Shown here: positions 1 through 10,023 of the stretch, in pieces
How the letters are laid out: every line of letters starts with the position of its first letter
Numbering within the stretch: the first letter of the stretch is position 1
NCBI GenBank assembly: GCA_965228855.1
Contig: CBDDIJ010000003.1
Location: 384,001-448,000, forward strand
Length of the DNA: 64,000 nt
Origin: Candidatus Obscuribacterales bacterium
GTDB taxonomy: Bacteria > Cyanobacteriota > Vampirovibrionia > Obscuribacterales > Obscuribacteraceae
Direction of reading: 5' to 3'
Notes under the pieces: generated by a model
The model's database searches: none
Seen by the model: only the letters and a program-made list of their open reading frames with translations
Told to the model about the DNA's origin: nothing
Translations under genes and position numbers: made by a program

Positions 1-13
1 GCTGACGAACTGG

Positions 14-1048
14 ATGCGCATGCTGCTAAACTGCGTCAAGGTGGTAAAGGTGTCTAGGATCAAGCTACTTACCATGGTCTGTACTTTGGCGTTTGCGGTG
101 CAAGTTTCCAGTGGTGCACTCGCTGATGGTTCGTTTTCTTATGCTGGTCTTGAGTACTATGGCTCGTCTCAAATGACGCGTGCTGAAGTTGAAAAGCTTG
201 TGCATTTGCGACCCGGTGCTTCAGAAAAGAGTGTTGAAGCGGCTGTCGATAACCTGCGCAAAAAGTTCGAGAAGTTGCGATTGAGCGCCAATGTTCAAAT
301 CGCAAGCGTCGCTCCGGACAAGTTGTTCGTCGTTGTAGATTTTGAGAATGCTCCTGGAACAGGCGTACCGACTCGCATTCTTAAAAATCCACACCATGTA
401 CTTACGAAAAGCGACAAGCCGGATCTCCTTCTTCAGAAGTTACGTGCTCGCATTGAGCGTCTGAACTCCGAAGGACGGGAGTGGAGCGACTCTTACCCGG
501 GTGGAGTGAGAGTGTTTTCTGACGAACCAGCCAATCAGATAGCCACCGATATAAGACGGTTTGGTCCGGCAATGCGTGATGAATGGTTGGAAGTTGTCGC
601 CTCCGATCCGGACAAACGATTGCGCTGTGATGCAATCGAATTGCTGAACTGGGCGCCTGATCCAGTTGATACCTGCGCCCAGCTGATTCCGGCGCTCGAC
701 GACAGTCACTACGAAGTAAGGACCGCTGCTGAAGAATTCATCTATCCCCGACTTGATCTATTTCCCTCGAACTTTCCGTTCAGCAAACTAGCTATGTCTC
801 TTGTGCGACAGCTCAAGCGCCCTTCACACTCCGACCGCATCAAATCGATGGCATTTATTCGCGCACTGATTGCCCGGTATCCGCAAATGTCCGTACCGTT
901 TCGTCGTACTTCGGAGCAAGACCTGGAGCGGCTTTCCACAGAGAGTCATATTCCGACGGTTCGTAAAGCGGCCGATGATTTGCTAGTGATACTACGGGCG
1001 CCACTACCTCAGGGAGCACCGGTTGAAATTCCTCAGGCCGGGTTCTGA
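14..1048 (+). CDS. Secreted protein with POTRA-like N-terminal domain and HEAT repeats
   Basis: Signal-like hydrophobic stretch, POTRA-like segment (GLEYYGSSQMTRAEV), HEAT-like motifs (LIPALDDSHYEVRTAA). True start is probably downstream (GTG 50 or ATG 74). Confidence 0.55.
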   Translation: MRMLLNCVKVVKVSRIKLLTMVCTLAFAVQVSSGALADGSFSYAGLEYYGSSQMTRAEVEKLVHLRPGASEKSVEAAVDNLRKKFEKLRLSANVQIASVAPDKLFVVVDFENAPGTGVPTRILKNPHHVLTKSDKPDLLLQKLRARIERLNSEGREWSDSYPGGVRVFSDEPANQIATDIRRFGPAMRDEWLEVVASDPDKRLRCDAIELLNWAPDPVDTCAQLIPALDDSHYEVRTAAEEFIYPRLDLFPSNFPFSKLAMSLVRQLKRPSHSDRIKSMAFIRALIARYPQMSVPFRRTSEQDLERLSTESHIPTVRKAADDLLVILRAPLPQGAPVEIPQAGF

Positions 1049-1199
1049 TATTTTTGCGGTGTCGAAAAAGTTCCAGCTTAGTTCTTCGAAAGGGATTGTC
1101 TTGAAAAATCTCTCCCTGCAAGCCTTTTGAAGGGCGAGCCTCTGCTGGCAAAATGCGTTATGCTTAGTTTAGAACCGTTTTCAACGGGTATTCTGTTAG

Positions 1200-1283
1200 T
1201 AGCTGGTGGGAGTTTAAAGCTAGCCCCGTTATATTATTAATCATTATTATTTAGAGGGCGCCTCCCACCGGCGCTTTTTTATT
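1200..1283 (+). ncRNA. Candidate small RNA or switch-like terminator between convergent genes
   Basis: GCTGGTGGGAG (1202-1212) is complementary to CTCCCACCGGC (1262-1272). An alternative hairpin GCGCC/GGCGC (1258-1274) is followed by T6, and the interior is ATT-rich. Confidence 0.35.
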
Positions 1284-1321
1284 GGTTCAAACTCTTTTGC
1301 TGCCCGTCTTTCCAGCCATTC

Positions 1322-1630
1322 CTACGTAATGCGTCCGCGCTCGTCGTAGATCAGTCGTTCGACTGGCCGATCATTTAATAAGTGCTCGTTGATGATTTCT
1401 TTGACGTCCTCTGGTTGAACGTGCGCATACCAGACGGTGTCGGGGTATACGACAACCAGCGGACCGTTGCCGCACTGATCGAAGCAACCAGCTTTATTTA
1501 TTCGAATATCCTTTTTCAAACCAAGCTCATTGATCTGTTTGCGAAATTCGCCGCATACGGCTTCCGCTCCTTCGGCAGGACATGTTTTCCCGCTGACACA
1601 GACGAATACATGCTTCTTGAAGACTGTCAT
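1322..1630 (-). CDS. Thioredoxin-like [2Fe-2S] ferredoxin
   Basis: HVFVC..C and GCFDQCGNGPLVVVYPDTVWY motifs. Confidence 0.92.
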   Translation of the reverse strand: MTVFKKHVFVCVSGKTCPAEGAEAVCGEFRKQINELGLKKDIRINKAGCFDQCGNGPLVVVYPDTVWYAHVQPEDVKEIINEHLLNDRPVERLIYDERGRIT

Positions 1631-1732
1631 CAGTTGATTCCTTTCATCCCTTTGTAACGAATCGCTTCATGCGCACGGGCGCTCTTTCTTGACGCTCGGG
1701 TCATAAGTTGCGAGAATGCGCCCTTACGCATT

Positions 1733-1900
1733 TGCGTCTGACCGCAGACAGTCAGGTATCTCGACGGCTTTTTAGTGAGCGAGATCTAAGGATTCCAAAC
1801 GGAATCGCCGACCTAGGTCACACAACAGACATTATATTGTCCGAGAGCCACGGCTCTCTGTGTGATCCCTGCGGTTGAGCTGCTGGGATTTTTTATTTTA
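1733..1900 (+). promoter_or_regulatory. L10 leader (rplJ autoregulatory RNA) with downstream attenuator-like hairpin
   Basis: ACCGCAGACAGTCAGGT...TAAG...CCGACCTAGGT resembles the L10 leader core. An imperfect hairpin ATCCC...GGGAT followed by a T-run (about 1865-1900) lies directly upstream of rplJ. Confidence 0.7.
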
Positions 1901-1965
1901 GCGGTTTAGTCGTCAAATGTCTGGTCGAGGGCGGTTCGCACCGCCAAACTTAGAGGAGACGTCAC

Positions 1966-2496
1966 ATGGCCACAAAGGAACGAAAGCAGGAAATCGTAGG
2001 TGAACTGCAGGAGTTCTTCAACAACGGCAAAGTAGTGATCGTCGCTGACCTCACTGGACTGACCGTCGCGGAATACACAGGTTTCCGTCGCGATCTCCGT
2101 GCTCAAAACGCCAAGCTGCGTGTGGCTAAAAACACACTGGTGAAGCGCGCTATCGGAGACACCGAGTTCGCTGCTATGGAAACTTTGGCTAAAGGTCCCT
2201 CGGGATTCATCGTTGGATACGACGATCCGGCTCAACCGGCAAAAGTCGTTTCTGACTACCTGAAGAAGATCAAAAAAGGCTCCGTGCGTGGTGCTGTCCT
2301 GGAAGGAAAGGCGCTTAACGCTGAGGACGTAAAAGCTCTGGCAACTATGCCATCCAAGGAGCAATTGCTGTCCTCCATCATGGGCTCTCTCGATTCTGGA
2401 GCTGGAGGTATCGCTGGTATCTTGAGCGCAGTCATCAGAGACATCGCCTATCTTGTTGAAGAAATACACAAACCCAAAGATGGAAGTGCTGCCTAG
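1966..2496 (+). CDS. rplJ: 50S ribosomal protein L10
   Basis: GLTVAE...LR...RVAKNTL motif, LATMPSKEQLL, AGGAG SD. Confidence 0.98.
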   Translation: MATKERKQEIVGELQEFFNNGKVVIVADLTGLTVAEYTGFRRDLRAQNAKLRVAKNTLVKRAIGDTEFAAMETLAKGPSGFIVGYDDPAQPAKVVSDYLKKIKKGSVRGAVLEGKALNAEDVKALATMPSKEQLLSSIMGSLDSGAGGIAGILSAVIRDIAYLVEEIHKPKDGSAA

Positions 2497-2545
2497 TAGC
2501 GCTTCAACCAGGTAAATATAAGTTCGTAAACCGAGGAGTTAGGAA

Positions 2546-2935
2546 ATGACAACTAAATTGAGCACCGACGACTTGTTGGAGCAAATCGGCAATCTGACGC
2601 TTCTTGAAGCAGCAGATCTCAAAAAGAAAATGGAAGAGAAATTCGGCGTAACCGCTGCTGCTCCTATGGCAATGGCTGGTTTCGCACCTGCTGCAGGTGG
2701 TGGCGGTGAAGCTGCTGAAGAGAAGACCGAATTCGACGCTATCCTCACAACCGCTGGCGACAAGAAGATCAACGTTCTCAAAGTCGTTCGTGAGTTGACA
2801 GGTCTCGGCTTGAAAGAAGCTAAAGAGCTCGTAGACGCAGCTCCGAAGCCGATCAAAGAGAAAGTCAAAAAAGAAGAAGCAGAAGACATCAAAAAGAAAG
2901 TCGAAGAAGCTGGCGGCAAAGTCGAGATCAAGTAG
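2546..2935 (+). CDS. rplL: 50S ribosomal protein L7/L12
   Basis: EEKTEFD...[23 protein letters not shown]. Confidence 0.99.
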   Translation: MTTKLSTDDLLEQIGNLTLLEAADLKKKMEEKFGVTAAAPMAMAGFAPAAGGGGEAAEEKTEFDAILTTAGDKKINVLKVVRELTGLGLKEAKELVDAAPKPIKEKVKKEEAEDIKKKVEEAGGKVEIK

Positions 2936-3001
2936 TTTTTGCGCTAACCTGGAAGTTGATCGTATAACAAGGTATAAACCTGACAAAACGGGAGACAAGT
3001 T

Positions 3002-4648
3002 ATGCGCTGTCCAGGTTGTGATCTCTACCATCCATCGCAATACGATTCATGTATCAATTGCGGGATGAGCCTGAACGGCACGACTGATGTAGCAGTCGAA
3101 GAGGCGGATGTAGTCGATCGTCATTCCGACGGCGGCGACACCGCCTCTTCTTATGCCCATTCGGCACCTGAATCCAATGGCGACTCCGGTCCTGAGCACC
3201 ACAAAAGACGATCATCTCACTTGAAACATAAGAGCAAAGCCGGCATTCCAACAGCTGCTGGAATCGTGACGGCCATTTTTATCCTTCTAATATTTGCGGG
3301 CGCGACCTTTTTCTTTCTCACGCGCACCCCGGACGACCAGCGCCTTCTAACCAAAGGTAGAGAAGAACTTGGTCGCAACCAATACGCTTTTGCTGTGGAA
3401 ACACTCAACAAGGCCGCCACCAAGAGTCCCAACGATCCTCGCGTCTACTTGCTTCTGGCAAGGGCCTATGTCGGAATTTCCGATGTCGACAAAGCGTGGC
3501 AAGCGATCAGTCATGCGCAACAACTAGGCAAAGGTGTGGTTGCGGAGCCTGACCTGGCTTCGGACCTGGCTAACTATTACATGAAGAGACAGCAGTACGA
3601 CAAAGCGATAGACCTGCTGAGACCTCTTGCAAAAGAAAACATCGGCGATAAAAAATCTGAACTCGCCGATCTTGATGCCGCATATGGTGACACGCTGCTC
3701 GGTAAGGGCGACCTCGAAGGCGCTCTCAGATGCTGGGAAGAAGTGAAAACTTTGCAAACCGGAAGTCGCCTCGGAGAAGCCGAAGCTAGACTAACCACCA
3801 TTTACGAAAAACTCGCCTTTAAACTTTCAGGCGAGAAGAAAGACGAAGCCGCGATTGGCTATTTAAGTAAGCTGACGAGCATTGCCAAAAATCCGAAGCA
3901 CTATTTGACTATGGCCGACATCTACGAGCGTAACAAAAAGCTCGACCTGGCTATCGAGCAATTGCGAAAAGCGAATGAACTCAGTCCTTCCGCCGATTTA
4001 CAGAAACGCCTTTCGAGCTTGCTGGCCAAACGCGGTAAGGAATTGATGGACGAGGGTAACAGCGATACCGGTTATGCATACATGCAGCAAGCGCGCAGTA
4101 TGGATTCCTCCAACTCGGTACCCGATGTCACCTTGCGCGGTGTCAGTGTCGGCATGGACTCAGGGCGGATGCCGAAAATCTCCGGCGAGGTCTGGAATCC
4201 CAGCGACAGCGATATTGGAAAGCTAACCATGCGTGCTGAACTTTATGACACGAAGAACGACCGCAGCCTTTGGCAGAAAGAGACACGCATTGTCGATGAA
4301 TACGACAGGCGCTTAGGGTCTCGTGACTCTAGAAACTTCAGCTTCACCTCCGGAGCAGCTGGTCGATACGATGGAACGATGGAGTTCCGCATGTATATCG
4401 ACGGAAGTTTGTACAAATCGTACACGCTGGAGAAACGCGGCGGCGGTGACGATACCGAAACCGCATCAACACCTCCGCCGGCGAAAGAACCTGTCAGGAC
4501 GAAGGAGTCTCCTGTAGCACCGCCTATAGTGTCAGGGGATTCTGCCCCTACTCCCGGAGCGGCACCATCCACGCCCACCACTGATCCGGCAACTACTCCA
4601 GGTGGAGTGTCGCCCGAAGAGAAGACTCTCCAGAATCTTGGCTTTTAA
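3002..4648 (+). CDS. Zinc-ribbon, transmembrane, TPR protein
   Basis: N-terminal CxxC...CxxC, a TM helix, several TPRs and a Pro/Thr-rich tail. Confidence 0.75.
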   Translation: MRCPGCDLYHPSQYDSCINCGMSLNGTTDVAVEEADVVDRHSDGGDTASSYAHSAPESNGDSGPEHHKRRSSHLKHKSKAGIPTAAGIVTAIFILLIFAGATFFFLTRTPDDQRLLTKGREELGRNQYAFAVETLNKAATKSPNDPRVYLLLARAYVGISDVDKAWQAISHAQQLGKGVVAEPDLASDLANYYMKRQQYDKAIDLLRPLAKENIGDKKSELADLDAAYGDTLLGKGDLEGALRCWEEVKTLQTGSRLGEAEARLTTIYEKLAFKLSGEKKDEAAIGYLSKLTSIAKNPKHYLTMADIYERNKKLDLAIEQLRKANELSPSADLQKRLSSLLAKRGKELMDEGNSDTGYAYMQQARSMDSSNSVPDVTLRGVSVGMDSGRMPKISGEVWNPSDSDIGKLTMRAELYDTKNDRSLWQKETRIVDEYDRRLGSRDSRNFSFTSGAAGRYDGTMEFRMYIDGSLYKSYTLEKRGGGDDTETASTPPPAKEPVRTKESPVAPPIVSGDSAPTPGAAPSTPTTDPATTPGGVSPEEKTLQNLGF

Positions 4649-4689
4649 TGACCTGGCGCGCTGAGATGTAAACCAGCCGCTAGAGACCG

Positions 4690-6696
4690 TCAGAAACCTT
4701 TTTCGAGTTCAGGAAACAGGTGCATGGCTTCTCTGATGACCGCTTTGCGGTCCTCTAAAGTGAACTGCCTTAGCGTATTGTCTTTATAAGTCTCCGCGTT
4801 CAGATAACCTTCGGGCGACAGTATACCCTCATGATCGTCGAGCAGAACGACATAGCCCTGAGTGTGCCTAAACTGGCTCTGAAGCGTGTGTTTTGCCTCC
4901 GAGTCGTCGTTAATGCGAGGGCAGCCTCGCAAATCCATGTACCAGAGTTCCGGAAGCTTCAGTACTTTGCTGTCCAGCGATTTGATTGAAAAAGCATTAC
5001 TCGAGAGGTCTAACATCGAGATGTTTCTCGAAAAGTCTGGCATGTTGTTATCTGTAATTCCTAGTTCACCTAGTCCTAGAAAGATTAGGCGAGGCAAAAC
5101 GCTCAGTCTTTTTATTTGATCTGGACTTATTCTAGTTCCGTCAATTCGAAGCGCATAGAGATCTTTGAGTTTCAGTAGTTCGTCGATTGAATCGATAGTG
5201 ATGTTCGGTGAATTGGCCACATACAGCACGTTCAACTTTTGCAGAGCCGGGCAGAGAATCTTCAGATCTTCGTCGCTCACAGTCGTGCGGCGTAATGATA
5301 GAACGCGAAGGTTCTTCAGTCGGCGAAGTTCTTGATAGCCAGTCGAATCGATGTTAGGGCAATCTTCGATAATGATTGATTGCAGCTTCGGCATGGTGTT
5401 GCATATGGTGCGCAATCCCGAATTGGTGATTCTTGTTTCTCGAATATCCAGAAGCTTCAGTGGCAATTTTGCAATCATCGGAAGCTGACTATCAGTGATT
5501 TCGGTTTTAGCCAGAGTTAAACGGTCGACGCCTAGCTCCCCGAGAGCTTTTAATTGATCATCGGAAACAGTATCCGTTCTTAAAAAATACCATATAAATT
5601 TTCCAACTGGTCTTGTGCCGATCTGATGAATTCGTAGAAAAGTGTCTGAATTAGTGTCAGCGGCCGGCTCGTCGGAGTTCGAAAAGATATTCGCTATCTG
5701 AATCGACGTTACGGTGACTGCAGCTAGCACCGCAAGCAGTATCATCGGCACAAGTAGTTTGGAGCGCTTGCTTTCTCCGGAAAAGCCGGATAGCGGAGTT
5801 TCCGGTTCGGCTGATTCAAACAGGGAATCGTTGTTCGCCGGTCTGATTGCGTTCAAGGCGTTGCTGAATTCGCTCATCGTTTGAAACCGCTCACCTGGAT
5901 CTTTTTTCAATGCTTTCGCGATTATCTGTTCCAGTTCCTGGGAGTATTCACGAGAGTCATTTCCCTCCTCCAATCTAGGCGCTTCTTCATGGATCTGAGC
6001 CCGTAGCGTTTCCATCATGGTGGCGCCGCGGAATGGATTTCTTCCAGTGAGAATTTTGTACATCAAACATCCGAGTGAATAGATATCACTGCGAACGTCT
6101 ACAGTCTCTCCGTTCGCCTGCTCCGGCGAGATGAAGCTGGGGGTGCCGACAATAACTCCCGCATTTGTGAGGCTGGTGTCTTCATCGCTCAATTTAGCAA
6201 TGCCGAAATCTATGATCTTGATCTCGATCGGTTCCGTTTTTTGAACGATTACATTCGCCGGCTTTAAATCTCGATGCAGTATATTGTGCTGGTGAGCATA
6301 GTCGAGTGCGCTGCAAATCTGCTGGCAGACAGCTATCGCTTGCTCGAGTTCAAGCGGTCCGTTCTGTCTTACAAGGTCGTCGAGCGAAACGCCGTCAACG
6401 AATTCCATAGCGAGAACGGGAATATTATCGTCTCCGACGATAAAATCGAATGCGTCTATGATATTCGGATGTTGCAACTGACAGATAGCTCGCGCTTCGC
6501 GTTGCAGCCGGACCAGCTGTTCTTGGGTCCTCGTTCCGGCGCGCAGAAGTTTAACTGCAACGAATCGTTTGAGAACAAGGTCTCTTGCTTTATAGACCGT
6601 GCTTGTCCCGCCCGAACCCAAGAGGTTTTGAAGTTCGTAGCGATTCGCTACTAGCTTTGGGGCACCCGCACTGAAGTTATGTTCTTCATTGTTCAT
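4690..6696 (-). CDS. Ser/Thr protein kinase with TM helix and C-terminal leucine-rich repeats
   Basis: LGSGG, VAVK, HRDLKPAN, DFG, GTPSFISPE; TM segment; LxxLxLxxTxIT repeats. Confidence 0.93.
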   Translation of the reverse strand: MNNEEHNFSAGAPKLVANRYELQNLLGSGGTSTVYKARDLVLKRFVAVKLLRAGTRTQEQLVRLQREARAICQLQHPNIIDAFDFIVGDDNIPVLAMEFVDGVSLDDLVRQNGPLELEQAIAVCQQICSALDYAHQHNILHRDLKPANVIVQKTEPIEIKIIDFGIAKLSDEDTSLTNAGVIVGTPSFISPEQANGETVDVRSDIYSLGCLMYKILTGRNPFRGATMMETLRAQIHEEAPRLEEGNDSREYSQELEQIIAKALKKDPGERFQTMSEFSNALNAIRPANNDSLFESAEPETPLSGFSGESKRSKLLVPMILLAVLAAVTVTSIQIANIFSNSDEPAADTNSDTFLRIHQIGTRPVGKFIWYFLRTDTVSDDQLKALGELGVDRLTLAKTEITDSQLPMIAKLPLKLLDIRETRITNSGLRTICNTMPKLQSIIIEDCPNIDSTGYQELRRLKNLRVLSLRRTTVSDEDLKILCPALQKLNVLYVANSPNITIDSIDELLKLKDLYALRIDGTRISPDQIKRLSVLPRLIFLGLGELGITDNNMPDFSRNISMLDLSSNAFSIKSLDSKVLKLPELWYMDLRGCPRINDDSEAKHTLQSQFRHTQGYVVLLDDHEGILSPEGYLNAETYKDNTLRQFTLEDRKAVIREAMHLFPELEKGF

Positions 6697-6726
6697 GGTA
6701 CAGAAGGGTTGTGCATAGAAATAGTC

Positions 6727-8649
6727 TCAGCCTTGGCCGGCCAATTTTTCTTTGTATTTGCGAACCTTTTTTAAGTCTTTTTGTCTTTCAAATAGTTCGA
6801 GGAGAAGCGTCCACAGTTCCACACGTTGGAACGTTAGCCACGTCCCTGGAGCGCTTTCTAATTGTTTTTCTGCTTTCAGAAGGTGCTTCAACGCATTCTT
6901 GTCGTCTCCTGAGCGAAGGTAAAATCTGCCGATTGGAAGGTGTGCCTCGGTTAAATATTGGAACATCTCCCGATTCTTGAAGTACTTAATTGCTGCTTCT
7001 AAGTCGTCTAGACTTTCGGCTTCAATTTTATTTTCAAGGAAGTTGATTTCAGCTCTTTTGGCTTTCGCTTTGTGAAGCATAAGAGCGCTATTTTTTGAAA
7101 TCGGTTCTTGAAGCGCCAATACGTAGGCTGCATCAATCAATCTTCTCGCAGTCGTCAAATTTTCCTTGAATAAAAAAAACACTGACGCATCAATGTAGCA
7201 CTGTGCCCTAAGTCCAGCTGAGACCGGCACATTAGCGTTTCCAACAATGAGCAGGACCTCTTCGAAGGAACGCTCGGCTTCATCCCAGTTCTTCATTTCT
7301 ATTAGCGTTCGGCCGTAAGCGCAGAGGGCGATCGCTCGCCAGGGCGCCAAACGATCCTCATCGCCCGGTATTAGCGACAAATGCAATTCTACTGCTTCAG
7401 TGAATCTTCCGAGGAGGGTTAAATTTTTTGCTCGCTCTGAAATGATATCGAAAAACAATATATGGAAGCTTTCCGGAACGCTTTCCATAATCGGATAGAT
7501 TGCGTCTAGCATCTGAAGCGCTAGTTCGTAGAATCCAAAATCAGAAGCATATTGGGAGTAAAACAGTAGCAAGCGTGGAATCTCTAATTGCCGTCCGCAT
7601 TTTTCAGCTACTGCTATCAATGCCACAGAAACTGCAGGAATTTGACTTACTCGTCTTGCGCATAGTGAAGAATGTAGTATCGCAATTAAACAAGAGAAGA
7701 CTGCATTAAGGTCGCCCCGCGCTTCTAGAATTATACGAGCTCGATCATGAAAACCAATGGATTCTTCATGCCTCCCTAAACTCATGAGGGACATTGCGAT
7801 TGAGCGAATCAAATTCGCACTTTGTTCTGTTTCGGACCCGAAAGCCTGTTCGCAGAAAGGTATGAGTCCAAGGTACATGTTCAAAGCTTGTTGTGGCTTT
7901 CCAAGTCCTAAAAACGCATCGGCCCTTCTAAAGGCGAGCCAAAACATCTGCTCTTGCACCAGCGATTCGTCCGGGCATCTGTGCAGTTCTGATTGCGCTT
8001 GCTTGAGGGTTTTTAGTGATTGAGAAAATTCCTTTGCCTGATGGCTTCGAGCGGCGGTCTGAATGTAGGCATCGTAAAGCATTCGAGAAAACGGTTGGCC
8101 ACTAGTCTTGGCGATTTTTGCGCCAGATTTTATAACAGAGGCTTGGTCTTCCGTGCTGTGAGATTCCACCGACAGACTTTCGCTATCTGAAAATTCCGCT
8201 TTAATTGCTTGGTAGGCGTCATCAATAGAACGCATCGACGCATTGCTGGTTGAGAAGGTTCGACGTGCTGCAGTTTTAAACGAACTCACGGAGAAATCCG
8301 CTCGATATTTAGTTGTCAGTCTATCTACGATCACGGCTCGTCTCTGCGCGGCCTGCAAGAGAATCATGAATTCTGATGCTGCGTTAGCCGGAAGGTGATC
8401 TCGCTTTAGTTTATTGCATCGTTCGCACGAAGCAACTGTGTTCTGCGATGACCGAACATCAAAATTTGGTGGCAGACCGTAACGAGAAATTGTCTCCGTT
8501 AAACGTTCCGGCTCAATTTTCTCTGGTATTAGATGGTCGATTTTCAAGGCGTCGAGGTCGCCGATAATCTTATCGCAATGGAAGCACTGCTTGTCGTAAG
8601 CCTCCCAAATTGCATGTCTTTCGTACTTTGAAAATGATTGTTCGGACAC
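6727..8649 (-). CDS. HNH endonuclease domain fused to TPR repeats
   Basis: CFHC...IDHLIP...NTVASCERCNKLK HNH motif at the N-terminus and helical TPR-like repeats C-terminally; GTG start. Confidence 0.8.
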   Translation of the reverse strand: MSEQSFSKYERHAIWEAYDKQCFHCDKIIGDLDALKIDHLIPEKIEPERLTETISRYGLPPNFDVRSSQNTVASCERCNKLKRDHLPANAASEFMILLQAAQRRAVIVDRLTTKYRADFSVSSFKTAARRTFSTSNASMRSIDDAYQAIKAEFSDSESLSVESHSTEDQASVIKSGAKIAKTSGQPFSRMLYDAYIQTAARSHQAKEFSQSLKTLKQAQSELHRCPDESLVQEQMFWLAFRRADAFLGLGKPQQALNMYLGLIPFCEQAFGSETEQSANLIRSIAMSLMSLGRHEESIGFHDRARIILEARGDLNAVFSCLIAILHSSLCARRVSQIPAVSVALIAVAEKCGRQLEIPRLLLFYSQYASDFGFYELALQMLDAIYPIMESVPESFHILFFDIISERAKNLTLLGRFTEAVELHLSLIPGDEDRLAPWRAIALCAYGRTLIEMKNWDEAERSFEEVLLIVGNANVPVSAGLRAQCYIDASVFFLFKENLTTARRLIDAAYVLALQEPISKNSALMLHKAKAKRAEINFLENKIEAESLDDLEAAIKYFKNREMFQYLTEAHLPIGRFYLRSGDDKNALKHLLKAEKQLESAPGTWLTFQRVELWTLLLELFERQKDLKKVRKYKEKLAGQG

Positions 8650-8706
8650 GAGCTTGTATGAAGACCTACGGTTGTACCATATGCGGTATTAGGCTGCTAT
8701 TCACTT

Positions 8707-9381
8707 CTATCCGTTGTAGACCCGGTCTCCGCCATCCTGGCTTGCTACATCAAGAAACTCGAGCGCTTTAAACATGAGGTCGTTTTCGTCTCGAGCGTGG
8801 GTCGGGAACGAGACTACGCCTACACTCGCGGTGACGCGGAGGTGTTTCAATTCTTCGTTAATCGGTTGGGTTTTCAATCTTTCGCGTATGCGCTCACCGA
8901 CCACAACCGCGCGCGACGAGTACGTTTCCGGGAAGATTATCGCTAAGCGGTTCTCCTTGCAACGACCAGGAACATCAACGTCTCGAATGGCTTTCTGAAT
9001 GATGCCCGTCGCTGATTTCAGCATGTCCTCTACGATCATCGAGCCGTACTGGCGTCCATACTTTTCCAGTCCGTCGATTTCCATGATTAACAGAGATACC
9101 GGGCGTTTATACCGTTTTGCGCGCTTGAGTTCATACTCGAGCTTGCGCATGAATGCTTTGTGGTTGTAAATGCCTGTGGCTTTGTCGAGCAGAGTAACCT
9201 TTTCATAGTGGTCGAGCTTATCTTCGCTAACAAACTGACGCGAACGGTCTAGACTACGCTGCTGGACTTCTTCTTTAAACTTCTGCCGATCTTCTTTTGT
9301 CTTCTTCATTAGCTGCGTGAACTTGGTCTCTCTGGCGTAAGACCAGCCTTCGCGCGCGTCGTTTTCGTTTCTATCCATCAT
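8707..9381 (-). CDS. Degenerate GGDEF-domain protein
   Basis: DKATGIYN, ELKRAKRY, VTASVGV; GGDEF position replaced (RCKENR) while the RxxD I-site (RDVD) is kept. Confidence 0.85.
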   Translation of the reverse strand: MMDRNENDAREGWSYARETKFTQLMKKTKEDRQKFKEEVQQRSLDRSRQFVSEDKLDHYEKVTLLDKATGIYNHKAFMRKLEYELKRAKRYKRPVSLLIMEIDGLEKYGRQYGSMIVEDMLKSATGIIQKAIRDVDVPGRCKENRLAIIFPETYSSRAVVVGERIRERLKTQPINEELKHLRVTASVGVVSFPTHARDENDLMFKALEFLDVASQDGGDRVYNG

Positions 9382-9672
9382 CGTATCCTTCGATTTCTAG
9401 CAGCTAACGCCTAGTAAACTTGTGTGGGTCCAGGTCACACAGCCCTGCCGAAAGTCTTAAGAGGGCAGGCCTCTCTTATATAGGAGATATACCCCGGAAA
9501 TTCGGGATAATTTCGTCCGGGGAGAAATTCATTAAAACGAAAGCCTGTCTGGGCTTTCCAGCTTATCCTTCGTTTTCAAACCGCCTCAAGTTTAGCAAGA
9601 AGCGCCGCTCTGTGGCGCTTCTCTGCCGATAAAATTGGACAATGGCGAAAAAGCCTGTAAAGATAGAATATT

Positions 9673-10023
9673 ATGCGCCCTCCAAACTCAGACGAGCATC
9701 TTGCATACTACCGGAGCCAGCATCGTACGATGGGGTGCAAAGTGACGCACCTGTTCGGTGTCCCGATGATAGCGCTATCGCTCGTCATGTTGCTTTTCGA
9801 TCGCAAGAAAGCGGTCATGTTGTTCTCGCTTGGCTGGCTCCTGCAGTTTCTCGGTCATTATCTGTTTGAGCATAATAAACCGATACTGCTCACACGCGGC
9901 CGCAGCCCGTATACACTACTCTCTGCGCTCGTTTTTGTCGGCGAAGAATGGGTGGATACGGTTAAGTCAATTCGCTCGGATATTGCAGAAAGCAATAACG
10001 GCCACGGATTACATCATTTGTAG
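9673..10023 (+). CDS. DUF962/Mpo1-like membrane protein
   Basis: YYRSQH...HLFGVP...WLLQFLGHYLFEHNKP. Confidence 0.85.
   Translation: MRPPNSDEHLAYYRSQHRTMGCKVTHLFGVPMIALSLVMLLFDRKKAVMLFSLGWLLQFLGHYLFEHNKPILLTRGRSPYTLLSALVFVGEEWVDTVKSIRSDIAESNNGHGLHHL

Noticed and set aside
1228..1254. Ile/Leu codon run (VILLIIII*) as an ilv-type leader peptide
   Set aside because: No start codon in that frame and no downstream same-strand biosynthetic gene.
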